A stretch of 64,000 nucleotides of DNA from an uncultured delta proteobacterium. GTDB taxonomy: Bacteria > Bdellovibrionota > FAC87 > UBA2466. Within the stretch, counting starts at the first letter, position 1. Each line of letters starts with the position of its first letter. A program made the translations under genes and the position numbers. A model generated the notes under the pieces. It was not told where the DNA came from. It made no database searches and worked only from the letters and a program-made list of their open reading frames with translations. The stretch lies in NCBI GenBank assembly GCA_963778115.1, contig CAVZSV010000004.1, forward strand, positions 1,536,001-1,600,000. Reading direction: 5' to 3'. Shown in pieces: positions 19,351 through 29,085 of this stretch.

Positions 19351-20150
19351 GCGAAAATAGCCTAGGGATCGAAGGAAATGCAGAAGCTCAGAAGCGGCTG
19401 CGCCTTTATTTAGCAGGAGGGCGAATACATCCCGCGGCTATCTTAGTGGGACCCTCTTCCGCCCAGAAACTTCAACTCACCAAGAACATTGCTAAGTTTC
19501 TGCTCTGTACGAAAAGAACCCACAAAGGATTTTGCGATCAGTGTTCCACTTGCGACAGAATCCAAAGAGATACTCATCCCGATGTCATCGTCTGGACGGA
19601 TACTTCAGAAGACGTCATTAAGATCGATACCGTCCGTGACCTTTGTCATCAGATGACTCTCACACCGGTCGAAGGGAATGTTCGTATCTGCATCATCGAC
19701 GAATGCCATCGGATGAACGCCTCTGCCGCCAACGCATTTTTAAAAACTTTGGAAGAGCCTGGTCCGGGAAGATTCTTCTGGCTTTTGACTTCGCAAATGA
19801 GCTCTTTGTTGCCCACATTGCTCTCGCGATGTCTTAAGTTTATTTTAAAACCTGAAGTTACTGATCCCAAAGCGAGCGATTACGATCCGACGGCGGAAAA
19901 AAGAATTCTAGAGTTTTTGAAGGACAAGAATGTGTCTGAAACCGTTCTGGCCTTAGATGACAAAGAATCTGCCTTGGCGTTTGTCACTCAGCTCCAAACT
20001 TATCTTAGAAACCAGGTCATCTCTTCCAAACACTATTTCAACTATACGGCACTCAACCAGTTTGAAGAGGCCGTGGCTTTGGAGGCCCGTTTGCGTTCAA
20101 ACGCTAACTACGGTTTAATGTTGGAAAGTTTCTTGATTCAGAACTTCTGA
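19338..20150 (+). CDS. holB: DNA polymerase III delta' subunit
   Basis: Zn module C..FCDQCSTC, HPDV, AANAFLKTLEEP, TLLSRC; tmk-holB-metG-tatD synteny. Confidence 0.92.
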   Translation: MGQLSENSLGIEGNAEAQKRLRLYLAGGRIHPAAILVGPSSAQKLQLTKNIAKFLLCTKRTHKGFCDQCSTCDRIQRDTHPDVIVWTDTSEDVIKIDTVRDLCHQMTLTPVEGNVRICIIDECHRMNASAANAFLKTLEEPGPGRFFWLLTSQMSSLLPTLLSRCLKFILKPEVTDPKASDYDPTAEKRILEFLKDKNVSETVLALDDKESALAFVTQLQTYLRNQVISSKHYFNYTALNQFEEAVALEARLRSNANYGLMLESFLIQNF

Positions 20151-20164
20151 TGCCATGCTAAAGT

Positions 20165-21730
20165 ATGAATGACCCTTACTACATCACGACTCCCATTTAC
20201 TATGTGACCGATGTCCCCCATATCGGCCATCTGTACACGACTTTGGCTGCCGATATCATGGCGCGCTATCAGCGAATGCGCGGTAAAGACGTCTGGTTTT
20301 TGACCGGGACTGACGAGCACGGACAGAAGATCCAAAAGAAGGCTAAAGAGCAAAACCTAACGCCTCAACAACTCGCGGACAAAGTCGTTGAGCGATACAA
20401 AGAGGCGTGGAAATTTTACGACATCACTTACAACGATTTCATCCGCACGACCGAAGAACGCCATAAGAAGGTGGTAACTGGGTTCATGAAGCAGCTCATG
20501 GACAGCGGCGACATTTACTTAAGCGAGTACGAAGGGTGGTACTGCGTTCCCGACGAGAGTTATTGGACGGAAACTCAAGTCGTGGACGGAAAGTGCCCTG
20601 ATTGCGGCAGACCCGTCGAGAAGCTTAAAGAAGAGAGTTACTTCTTTCGAATGTCAGCCTATTCAGACAAACTTCTCAAACATATCGAAGCTAATCCCAA
20701 GTTCATTATGCCTGAGACGCGCAAGAACGAAGTCTTGGGTTTCATCAAGCAGGGATTAAAAGATATCAGTATCAGCCGAACGACCATCCAGTGGGGCATC
20801 CCGATGCCCGCCGATCCCAAGGCTAAGAAAGCCCATTGTGTTTATGTATGGTTTGACGCGCTCACCAACTACATTTCGGCTTTGAATCCAGATGCTAAGG
20901 ATTCTAAATTCGAAAAGTTTTGGCCTCATGCCATTCATCTCGTTGGTAAAGACATTTTGAGATTTCATGCCGTTTACTGGCCCACCTTCTTGATGGCGTT
21001 AAAATTACCGTTGCCCCAACACATCATCGCTCACGGCTGGCTCACCGATGCAAACCGTAAGATTAGCAAGTCACTGGGCAACGTCATCGACCCCATCGCT
21101 CTTGCAAAAGAGGTAGGGCTTGAGGGGGTCCGCTATTTTCTGTTCCGCGAATTCGTTTTTGGAATGGACGGCGAATACACCAAAGAAGTGGTGTACCAAA
21201 GAATCAATTCGGATCTGGCCAATGATTACGGAAATTGTGTGAACCGTTTGGCTACCATGATCGAGAAGTATTTGGGCAGTGATCCCATCGAGGTGAGCAA
21301 GCTACTCGGTGGGGATTGCGAGTTAAAAGCCTCGGTCACGGAGAATGCCCCGGCCTTTCATGCGGCCCTTGTGGATTTTAGTTTTAATCGAGCTCTAGAA
21401 AGTGCTTGGAAAATTATTTCCGCCGTTAACCGGTACATCGAATCCAACGCTCCTTGGGCACTCGCCAAGTCTGCCGCTCCCGGTGATAAGGAAAAACTGG
21501 CCCAGATTCTCATCCACTGTCATGAAAGCCTTCGTGTGGTTTCCGTTCTGGTCCTACCCTTTTTGCCTATTGCGGCTGAAAAGGCTTTGGGTTATCTGGG
21601 AGCCAGTGATTGTTTAAAATCTAAAACCCCAATGGAGTTCGCCGAATGGGGTAAAGGGCCTGACAAGGTCTCGCCCCGAAAAGGAGACCCCCTCTTCCCA
21701 CGATTGGAATGGAAGCCACCGCCTACATAG
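20165..21730 (+). CDS. metG: Methionine--tRNA ligase, short form without the C-terminal tRNA-binding domain
   Basis: TTPIYY, HIGH, GTDEHG, YVWFDAL, GKDILRFH, KISKS. Confidence 0.96.
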   Translation: MNDPYYITTPIYYVTDVPHIGHLYTTLAADIMARYQRMRGKDVWFLTGTDEHGQKIQKKAKEQNLTPQQLADKVVERYKEAWKFYDITYNDFIRTTEERHKKVVTGFMKQLMDSGDIYLSEYEGWYCVPDESYWTETQVVDGKCPDCGRPVEKLKEESYFFRMSAYSDKLLKHIEANPKFIMPETRKNEVLGFIKQGLKDISISRTTIQWGIPMPADPKAKKAHCVYVWFDALTNYISALNPDAKDSKFEKFWPHAIHLVGKDILRFHAVYWPTFLMALKLPLPQHIIAHGWLTDANRKISKSLGNVIDPIALAKEVGLEGVRYFLFREFVFGMDGEYTKEVVYQRINSDLANDYGNCVNRLATMIEKYLGSDPIEVSKLLGGDCELKASVTENAPAFHAALVDFSFNRALESAWKIISAVNRYIESNAPWALAKSAAPGDKEKLAQILIHCHESLRVVSVLVLPFLPIAAEKALGYLGASDCLKSKTPMEFAEWGKGPDKVSPRKGDPLFPRLEWKPPPT

Positions 21731-22494
21731 ATACCCACGCTCATTTGTCCATGCTCACCCATGCTCCAATGCCTGAGATTTTGGAACGGGCAAAATTAGC
21801 CCATATCGGCAAGATGGTTAACGTCTCCACCGACGAATCCAATTGGAAAGCCTGTCATGAATTGGCGTTGGCAAACGATCATATTTTTTCAGCACTCGGA
21901 GTACATCCCCACGAAGCGCACAAGTGGAAGCAATGGAAGCCTTTGTTAGAAAAGTGGTTCTCTAACGACATCCCTCCAAAGAAATGCGTGGGAATTGGAG
22001 AGACAGGACTCGATTTTCACTACTCTCTTTCACCCAGGCAAGCGCAAATCGAGTCTTTCGAAGATCAGGTGCGCCTCGCAAAGAGAACTTCGCTTCCTCT
22101 AATTATCCATTGTCGTAACGCTTTTCCTGAGCTTTTTGCTTCGCTAAAAGCGGTGGGAATGGGGAAGCGGACCGGAGTTTTGCACTGCTTTACGGGAACG
22201 TATGAAGAAGCAAAGAAAGGGTTGGATTTTGGACTAAAGATCTCTTTTTCCGGGATTCTCTCTTTCAAGAATGCTACCGACTTACGCGACACAGCGAGCA
22301 AATTACCCGTCTCGGAGCTTCTTGTTGAAACGGACTGCCCCTATCTGGCTCCCATCCCTTTTCGGGGAAAGCCCAACGAGCCTAGCTATCTCCCCGAAAC
22401 CGCCAAAATACTGGCTGCCCAACTGAAAATTGGATTGCCGGAGCTAGCCGATAAGCTCTGGGCAACGTCGATAGCCTTCTTCGGCCTCAATTAA
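21709..22494 (+). CDS. tatD: TatD-family DNase
   Basis: DTHAH, GVHPH, GETGLD, HCR, HCF, ETDCPY. Confidence 0.94.
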   Translation: MEATAYIDTHAHLSMLTHAPMPEILERAKLAHIGKMVNVSTDESNWKACHELALANDHIFSALGVHPHEAHKWKQWKPLLEKWFSNDIPPKKCVGIGETGLDFHYSLSPRQAQIESFEDQVRLAKRTSLPLIIHCRNAFPELFASLKAVGMGKRTGVLHCFTGTYEEAKKGLDFGLKISFSGILSFKNATDLRDTASKLPVSELLVETDCPYLAPIPFRGKPNEPSYLPETAKILAAQLKIGLPELADKLWATSIAFFGLN

Positions 22495-22527
22495 AAAAAA
22501 CGGAATGTCCTATGATAGACTGTTCCC

Positions 22528-23445
22528 ATGGAACGCGTCCTTATCCTGGGTGCCTCTAGTTTTGTAGGTGTGAACCTAGCTTTTGCCTTACGCGAAAAGT
22601 ACCGGGTATTGGGAACGTATTGCAAACACGTGCCCCGTATCGATGGGATTCAAACTTTCCGTTTTGATATTAACCAGACGTCTGAGATCCCGGAATTCAT
22701 CAAATCCCTAGAGCCTGACGCCGTCGTTTACTGCTCCGCCGTCATCGACGACAGAGAATGCAGCCGCGACGCCGTGCAAGCATTGTTCGTAAATTCGCAA
22801 GCCCCCTATATCATCGCGCAAGTGATGCGAAAGCTGGAAAAGAGATTGATCTATCTCTCCACTTCTAAGGTATTTGATGGCACACAGGGAAACTACACGG
22901 AAGAGGATGAAGCGCGTCCCCAAAATCTTTACGGCAGCATGAAGTTACACGCCGAAGAACAGCTCTCGCATTTCGAAAACGTCTTTGTCTTGCGGTTGGG
23001 AACCATCTTTGGAATGGGAAGTTCCGGTCAGAAATCGGTGATCCTCAATAGACTCTTGTGGGACCTTTGGGACAAAAAACCCATTAAAGTCATTGCCGAC
23101 GAATTTAGAAGCTTTACTTCAGCACTAGAGGTCGCGCGCGCCATCGAAACTACCTTAGGCGCCCGGGCAGAGAAGGCAGGCCTGTATCACTTGGCTACTC
23201 GGGAAAAGCATACCTACTTCTCGTTCGCCAAAGAGATAGCCTCGCTCTTTGGGATCGAGGATGCCAAGGTAAATCCTATTTCGGGAAGTGAATTTTCTGG
23301 CGAGATGGCAAAAAGCGGCGGCTCCCGAGGCGCCGATCTCACTTTAAATGGAAGTCTGTTTGAAAAAACTTTCGGAGTCACTTTGCAAGGGCTGACTCCT
23401 TCGCTATTAACTATTCGAAATGCGATTCGAACGGGACAGATGTAG
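22528..23445 (+). CDS. dTDP-4-dehydrorhamnose reductase-like SDR (RfbD/RmlD family)
   Basis: GASSFVG, YLSTSKVFDG, YGSMK catalytic motif. Confidence 0.8.
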   Translation: MERVLILGASSFVGVNLAFALREKYRVLGTYCKHVPRIDGIQTFRFDINQTSEIPEFIKSLEPDAVVYCSAVIDDRECSRDAVQALFVNSQAPYIIAQVMRKLEKRLIYLSTSKVFDGTQGNYTEEDEARPQNLYGSMKLHAEEQLSHFENVFVLRLGTIFGMGSSGQKSVILNRLLWDLWDKKPIKVIADEFRSFTSALEVARAIETTLGARAEKAGLYHLATREKHTYFSFAKEIASLFGIEDAKVNPISGSEFSGEMAKSGGSRGADLTLNGSLFEKTFGVTLQGLTPSLLTIRNAIRTGQM

Positions 23446-23459
23446 CTAAAAGACCTTTC

Positions 23460-24431
23460 TTAAACCTTCTGTCGCAGTCTTCGAACCCAAAGTAATAATC
23501 CGGCGGCAACTCCCCAGCCAGTAGCCGCAAAAGGAATCCAGAGCGAATCAGAACTTGCCGTGGAGGCCCTGGCCACCAGTCTGCCCGGTTGATCTTCAGG
23601 AACGTTTTCGATAGGAACCTGTATCCCTTCTTGAGAAGGCAAAACTTCAGAACTCTCCGCCGCGATTAACCGCGTGGGCTGCCTTGATTTTGTTTGCCAG
23701 AGATAGCTCCACATTCGTCTGGCAAGGTTTTCCCAAGGGCTTCGATCTCGATTAGGGTCTATCACGATGCGCGCTAAAGTAGCTCCAGTCACTACAGTAT
23801 TCGGCTTTTTGGTTTCGTTCTCTCTCGAGGAATCCGGCCACAAGAGATTCATCGCGGTAATTTCTTTAGGCCGGTTGTCGTTGGTCACATTCTCAGGTTC
23901 AACCTCAACTTTACTGGAACTTCTATCGGCGCCCTGAATCGAATTTTTCTCACCGCCATTCGTAGGAATGCTATTCACTACGGTAACGTTGGGAGCTGAG
24001 ACGTTGATGACAGGTGCCATCACCCCAGCATTTCCCCTCGCTGGAAGTTGTCCAGCGTTCAACGCATATGCGCCAGAACTGGTCTGAGATCCAGAACCGG
24101 TGGCAGTCATCTGAGTGACGACCTGTCGAGTAACAATGACTTGTCTAATATTGGATTCTGTTTTGGTCTTATCCGCGGCAATTCTAGAATTGTCATCAGC
24201 TTCCCATTGACGCAGTAGATGATCGTAAATGAGAGCGTCGGTACCCACACTCGGCGAATCCGATTCTCCGGAAGCCGAAGGTTCCGAGGGAACGGCGGGT
24301 AAATAGCTATCGGCCCCGTCATCCATGCTGGGCGGAGGGGCTCCGTGTTCGGCGATAGCCGTCGTGGGGAAGGCCATACCGAAAGCGACGACCACGAAAG
24401 CGATGACGATTTTATTAAAACACGACGACAT
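23460..24431 (-). CDS. Exported low-complexity protein with a C-terminal membrane anchor
   Basis: Signal peptide from ATG 24431 (AGAGG RBS), Ser/Pro/acidic linkers, C-terminal TM helix then RRLRQKV. Confidence 0.65.
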   Translation of the reverse strand: MSSCFNKIVIAFVVVAFGMAFPTTAIAEHGAPPPSMDDGADSYLPAVPSEPSASGESDSPSVGTDALIYDHLLRQWEADDNSRIAADKTKTESNIRQVIVTRQVVTQMTATGSGSQTSSGAYALNAGQLPARGNAGVMAPVINVSAPNVTVVNSIPTNGGEKNSIQGADRSSSKVEVEPENVTNDNRPKEITAMNLLWPDSSRENETKKPNTVVTGATLARIVIDPNRDRSPWENLARRMWSYLWQTKSRQPTRLIAAESSEVLPSQEGIQVPIENVPEDQPGRLVARASTASSDSLWIPFAATGWGVAAGLLLWVRRLRQKV

Positions 24432-24854
24432 TACCAAACCTCTTATAGGAGGGAATTGCATATGAGCGGCCAAGTAAGGTGCGCTAGGCAAGCCAAGTGA
24501 AGACCGCCAATTGTGAAGGTGGAATACGAAAGGGAATCTATTTGTTTGAGATGTATTCCTTTTGTGGCTTTTTCACGGAAGCCCTCGGCTTGAATTCTGG
24601 GACGCTGTATACAACGGCTATGCACAAACTAGACAGCCGAAGTCGCATTTTATTTATATTGCCTCATAGTTTCAGAAACTTATCCCATCGTATTTCGGCC
24701 GTACCCGCCAAGAGTTAGGGGTCAGCCATGCTAAGTCCCCCGAATTCCAAGGATCGCATTGAAAATGAACAAACACTGTCAAAAAAGCTGACGAACCAAA
24801 GCGGAAAATGGGGGAAAACGCCCTGGAAATATCCGACTTTTTCGAAGGGGCTAC

Positions 24855-24870
24855 TGGCCCGGTGGTTGCA
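24855..24870 (+). promoter_or_regulatory. Putative sigma54 (-24/-12) promoter for the SLT gene
   Basis: TGGCCCG-GTGG-TTGCA matches TGGCACG-N4-TTGCW, with exact GG-N10-GC spacing. Confidence 0.6.
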
Positions 24871-24967
24871 ACGTTTAGGGGTGACGCCTGAAATTGCTTG
24901 TATACACCCGACCGGGGAACTAGGCCCGGCTCTAGAAAGATTAATGATAAAGAACTAGAGAGAACTC

Positions 24968-25832
24968 ATGATGACGAAAGTTTTCAAAAATTCGCTCCTT
25001 GGAACTATCGCCGCTTTGATGCTCACCTTATCAGGTTCCAGCTTTGCTCAGAAATTTCACTTGTCAGGAATTGAGATGGAAGAGGTGATTCATATCGCCA
25101 ACGCCATCAACGTCGTTAATCCTCACTTGGATGACGGTAAGTATTTGGAATATGCCGTAGGTATCCATCGCGCTGCGGTAAAGTACGCAATTGAGCCCAC
25201 TATCTTAATCGCCATCGCCCAACAAGAGACCGGCTTCCGAGAAAATCTTCCGGAAGGAGCCGCAGGCGAGATCGGAATCATTCAAATCCGCAAGATGTGG
25301 CTGAAGAACGCGAAATTCCTGAGCGAGTTTCATCGCCAGTCTATTGTAAGATCTTAAGAAACCATCGAAGAGTTTTCTGTTCGCGGCCTGGATCCTAAAA
25401 GGACTTCGGACTCAAATTGCCGCCAACGCCACCTTACCTTATTGGTCTTATTACAACTCAGTACGGTTCGAAAACCGATTCAAGTACTTTTTGGCGGTTA
25501 ATAAGAACATCGCGACCCTTCGTCGGTTTGATAACTCCGATTGGGATTCTCGCATGATTGCCGCAGCCGAAAATCGCGTTCCTGCCGCTTCAAATCAGCC
25601 CGTAGCGGTGAAGGTAGCTCAATTATCCCGCTCGGTCCAAGCGGCACCGGCGGCTCAAGTTCAACCCTCTAGAGATAGAGAGGGTGAAATTCCTGCTGGC
25701 GACCGATGGATTCCCGATGCCATTCGTAAAATCCAACAGCGCCAAGACAAACGGCAATCCAACCCGTCGTTGTTACGAACGGCAGAAGAATTGGATTTAG
25801 CCACTATGTTTAGTCCCGCGCTTCAAGACTAA
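24968..25832 (+). CDS. Lytic transglycosylase (SLT domain), split by a +1 frameshift near 25345-25350
   Basis: AIAQQETGF (catalytic Glu) and GIIQI in the first frame. The shifted frame continues DLKKPSKSFLFAAWIL...YYNS into the 25491-25832 ORF. Confidence 0.78.
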
Positions 25833-25840
25833 AAATATTC

Positions 25841-26479
25841 TCAACTAAAAAACGGATTGGTTCTCTTTTCTATTCCCACGGAAGTGCTCGGCCCATGCCC
25901 AGGATGGACAGGCAAATCTTCTTCCAAAACAAAAAGCCTATCGCGTACGGCCTGAAGCAATTGTTCGGTGTTACCGCCCCAAAGATCGGTGCGACCGATG
26001 CTTTGCTGAAATAGCGTATCTCCGGAAAAGAGCATCTCCTTACCGGAAAGAATACGAAAACAGATTCCTCCAGGGCTGTGGCCTGGGGTATGAATGACCT
26101 GAAGCTTGTGTATCCCAAAGACAATCTCCTCTTCGTCTTCGAGAAAGCGATCGATGGGGGCACCCGCTTCGAGCGGAATTCCGAACATGCGTCCCTGGAG
26201 CGGCAGATTTTGGTAAATAATCTCGTCCGCCTTATGGAGGCACAGCGGGACTGAGAATGTCTCTTTCAATAGCTTCGATCCGCCCACATGATCGAAGTGG
26301 GCGTGCGTGTGCAGCACATATTTGGGAGTTAGACCGCGAGCCCGAATGGCCGATACAATCCGTGGCCCTTCATCGCCAGGATCGATAATGACGGCTTCCT
26401 TGGTCTTTTCACAAGCCAAAATGGCGCAATTGCACTGGAGAGGGCCGACGACAAGTTGTTCGTAGATCATGGAATCCAC
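25841..26479 (-). CDS. Metallo-beta-lactamase-fold hydrolase (glyoxalase II-like)
   Basis: THAHFDH, TPGHSPG, FSGDTLF, PGHG. Confidence 0.92.
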   Translation of the reverse strand: MDSMIYEQLVVGPLQCNCAILACEKTKEAVIIDPGDEGPRIVSAIRARGLTPKYVLHTHAHFDHVGGSKLLKETFSVPLCLHKADEIIYQNLPLQGRMFGIPLEAGAPIDRFLEDEEEIVFGIHKLQVIHTPGHSPGGICFRILSGKEMLFSGDTLFQQSIGRTDLWGGNTEQLLQAVRDRLFVLEEDLPVHPGHGPSTSVGIEKRTNPFFS

Positions 26480-26563
26480 CTCGGAGAAGTTTTAATCAAA
26501 AATAGGGCGGAACGCCATAAAGTTCTCTTTAATTAGACGACATCGTGCCATAAGATCGGCCCC

Positions 26564-28039
26564 GTGATAGCTAAGAAACTTACCACGACCAAACTAGGGA
26601 TGCTGGGACTGTGCTTCGTCGTGGCAACCGCGATGGTGAATATTGGCATCATCGGCCTAGACGAATACGCCGAGGTCATCGCGCGAGTCATTCCAGCTGG
26701 GGTGCAAACCCCCCAGGATCTTATCAAACATGCTTCTATCCGAAGCCCTATCCCCACATTATGTCTTTCAGTCGTCACTCGACTGGCCAAAGGGATTGGA
26801 TTTTCAGACCCCGCGAATCAACTGCGATTTCTTCTGGTAACTTTGGGAATTTTTAGTTTCGTCGCAGTCTCGCTTAGCGCGGTAGGGCTTCTTCGCTTTT
26901 ATTACCCGAAAGAATCTAGAATCGAGAAATTAGCCCTTTTCCTACTTAGCTTCTATTTTTTAAGCCCCCTATTTCTGACACGCCCCATGTTCGAATCGCT
27001 TGCCGTCCCCTACCTCACCCTGAGTGTTTACTTCGCTTGCCGTTACTTTAAATATCCTAGCCCAAAATGGTTGATCTCTTCCTTAGGACTTTTGACTTTG
27101 GGTTCATTATTCCGATTTCAAGTGGGAGTCTGTATGCTGGCCCTTTTTATACTCCCGCTGCTTCAAAAGCGCCCCAAAGATCTGATAACTCTGACTAGTG
27201 CGGGAATCATCTTTTTTGTACTGACCGGACTCTTAGACTATGCGCTGCGGGGCACTTTTCACGGATCGCTCCGAGCCTATTTGGATTTCAATATCCACAA
27301 TTCCTCTTCTTTTGGAGTCACCCCGTTTTATACGTATGGATTGCTGTGGCTGGCGATGAGTTTTCCGCCCCTATGGTGGGTTAGTTATCGAGGCTTTAAC
27401 TGGCGAGAAAAATATAGGCCTCTGTTTCCAGTGCTTCTGTATTTTCTGATTTTTGTAGCCATCCACAGTGCCATCCCCCATAAAGAAGAGCGGTTCATGG
27501 TACCCGTGCTTCCCTGTTTTCTTCTTCTTATAGTTCCCTTGGCTGACTGGTTGGTAGAAAGACGTCGAGCCATTCCGATTGCGATTTTCCTCGGATTAAA
27601 TTGGGTCTTGCTTCTGCTGGCCTCATTCAACATCGCACAGTCTAACGTCGTGAGACTGGGACGATATCTTCATTATCATCCTGAGATCACACACGTCTTT
27701 GCGGTCGGAAATACTCTGGTGTTGGTTCCCAAGGCCTACGTTGGCCATAAGCTAATCTGGGGGGATGAGGAAAAGATCCCATCTACTTTTGCTTGCAACG
27801 AAGCAATCGCCGTTCGCATCGACTACCGCAATGAGGTCGCCCGCTTTTCTCAAGAGATGACCGAACTAGGTGCTTTTCCGCCGGGGGTCTTGGAGGACAT
27901 TCTCATTCGCCTCAATTTTCCGCAAAATTACCGACGATCGGAGATTAAACTCTTCCGCCCCAAGGGCTGTTCGGCTGTTTCATCCATGCCCCCCCATCAA
28001 GAAGGGTTGAGTATCGGCAACCCGATCGCTCATCGATAG
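26564..28039 (+). CDS. GT-C fold glycosyltransferase, ALG9/PIG-B (GT22)-like mannosyltransferase
   Basis: Multi-TM; early DE motif (LDEY) and PHKEERFMVPVLP motif. Confidence 0.7.
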   Translation: MIAKKLTTTKLGMLGLCFVVATAMVNIGIIGLDEYAEVIARVIPAGVQTPQDLIKHASIRSPIPTLCLSVVTRLAKGIGFSDPANQLRFLLVTLGIFSFVAVSLSAVGLLRFYYPKESRIEKLALFLLSFYFLSPLFLTRPMFESLAVPYLTLSVYFACRYFKYPSPKWLISSLGLLTLGSLFRFQVGVCMLALFILPLLQKRPKDLITLTSAGIIFFVLTGLLDYALRGTFHGSLRAYLDFNIHNSSSFGVTPFYTYGLLWLAMSFPPLWWVSYRGFNWREKYRPLFPVLLYFLIFVAIHSAIPHKEERFMVPVLPCFLLLIVPLADWLVERRRAIPIAIFLGLNWVLLLLASFNIAQSNVVRLGRYLHYHPEITHVFAVGNTLVLVPKAYVGHKLIWGDEEKIPSTFACNEAIAVRIDYRNEVARFSQEMTELGAFPPGVLEDILIRLNFPQNYRRSEIKLFRPKGCSAVSSMPPHQEGLSIGNPIAHR

Positions 28040-28987
28040 TGTGGAGAAGTAATCAAAGCAAAGAGCCTTTAGTTCGCTAAGATCTCGAGTCTGAAAGATT
28101 CGGCTTCTAAATTGAGAGGAGCAGCGGTATCCCGCCGCGTACCAGCCCATGAACTTCTTTAACGATAGGTAGGCACGGGCCTCCCCTTTCATCGATTCCG
28201 CTAATAAGAAATGGCGTTCGATGAGCCCAAGAAAATTCTTTTCATCGGAAGCAATTCCTAGGATCTCTTGAAAGATCCAAGGATTCTTAAGCGCCCCTCG
28301 GCCAATCATCACCGCGTTGGAATAGCCATCTGAGATTTTTTGAATAGCGTCTTCGGCACGAATCAAGTCTCCATTTCCGATGATAGGGATGGGACTTTGA
28401 CGAGCGACCGATCTTATTAATTCCCAGTCGGCTGTTCCGGAGTAGCCTTGCGCACGTGTTCTTCCGTGAATAGCCACCCAAGCGCATCCGGCATGTGCTG
28501 CCACCCTCACGACTTCGTTTACCGTTACCGACTCAGAGTCCCATCCCGTTCTGATCTTTATAGTAAGAGGAATTCGCAAGTTCGACTTCATTAGGGTAAG
28601 TAGCTCACCCAACTTTTGAGGTTCTTTGAGCCAGGCAGCACCGGCCCCGTCGCAGACGACTTTCTTGACCGGGCAGCCCAAGTTCAAATCTACAAAATCG
28701 GCCCCCTCTGATTCTACAATCCGTGCCGCCTCCACCAATCGGGCAGGCTCGTGTCCAAAAAGCTGAATTCCAACGGGCCGTTCTTCCTCAGAGAACCGCA
28801 TCAATTCCCGAGTCTTAGCCCCACCACGTACGAGCCCCTCCGCCGAAAGAAGTTCCGACACCACTGCTTGAGCGCCCATCTGACGGATAAGCGTTCGAAA
28901 GACCATATCGCTAATGCCTGCCATCGGCGCCATAAAGTATCGGATAGGGCCGAAGCGTTCTTGAAAAATGGTAATCGCGGGAAGCAT
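27980..28987 (-). CDS. dusB: tRNA-dihydrouridine synthase
   Basis: APMAG, DLNLGCP, KIRTGW, HGRTR, GNGD, MIGRG. Confidence 0.92.
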   Translation of the reverse strand: MLPAITIFQERFGPIRYFMAPMAGISDMVFRTLIRQMGAQAVVSELLSAEGLVRGGAKTRELMRFSEEERPVGIQLFGHEPARLVEAARIVESEGADFVDLNLGCPVKKVVCDGAGAAWLKEPQKLGELLTLMKSNLRIPLTIKIRTGWDSESVTVNEVVRVAAHAGCAWVAIHGRTRAQGYSGTADWELIRSVARQSPIPIIGNGDLIRAEDAIQKISDGYSNAVMIGRGALKNPWIFQEILGIASDEKNFLGLIERHFLLAESMKGEARAYLSLKKFMGWYAAGYRCSSQFRSRIFQTRDLSELKALCFDYFSTLSMSDRVADTQPFLMGGHG

Positions 28988-29085
28988 GGTGAGTAGAGCT
29001 ATATCATATTTTATAGGAAACGACGGCCGTGCTAGTGACGATCTATAGGGGCCGCTTCACCCTTTCGGGCACTTCGCAATGACAG

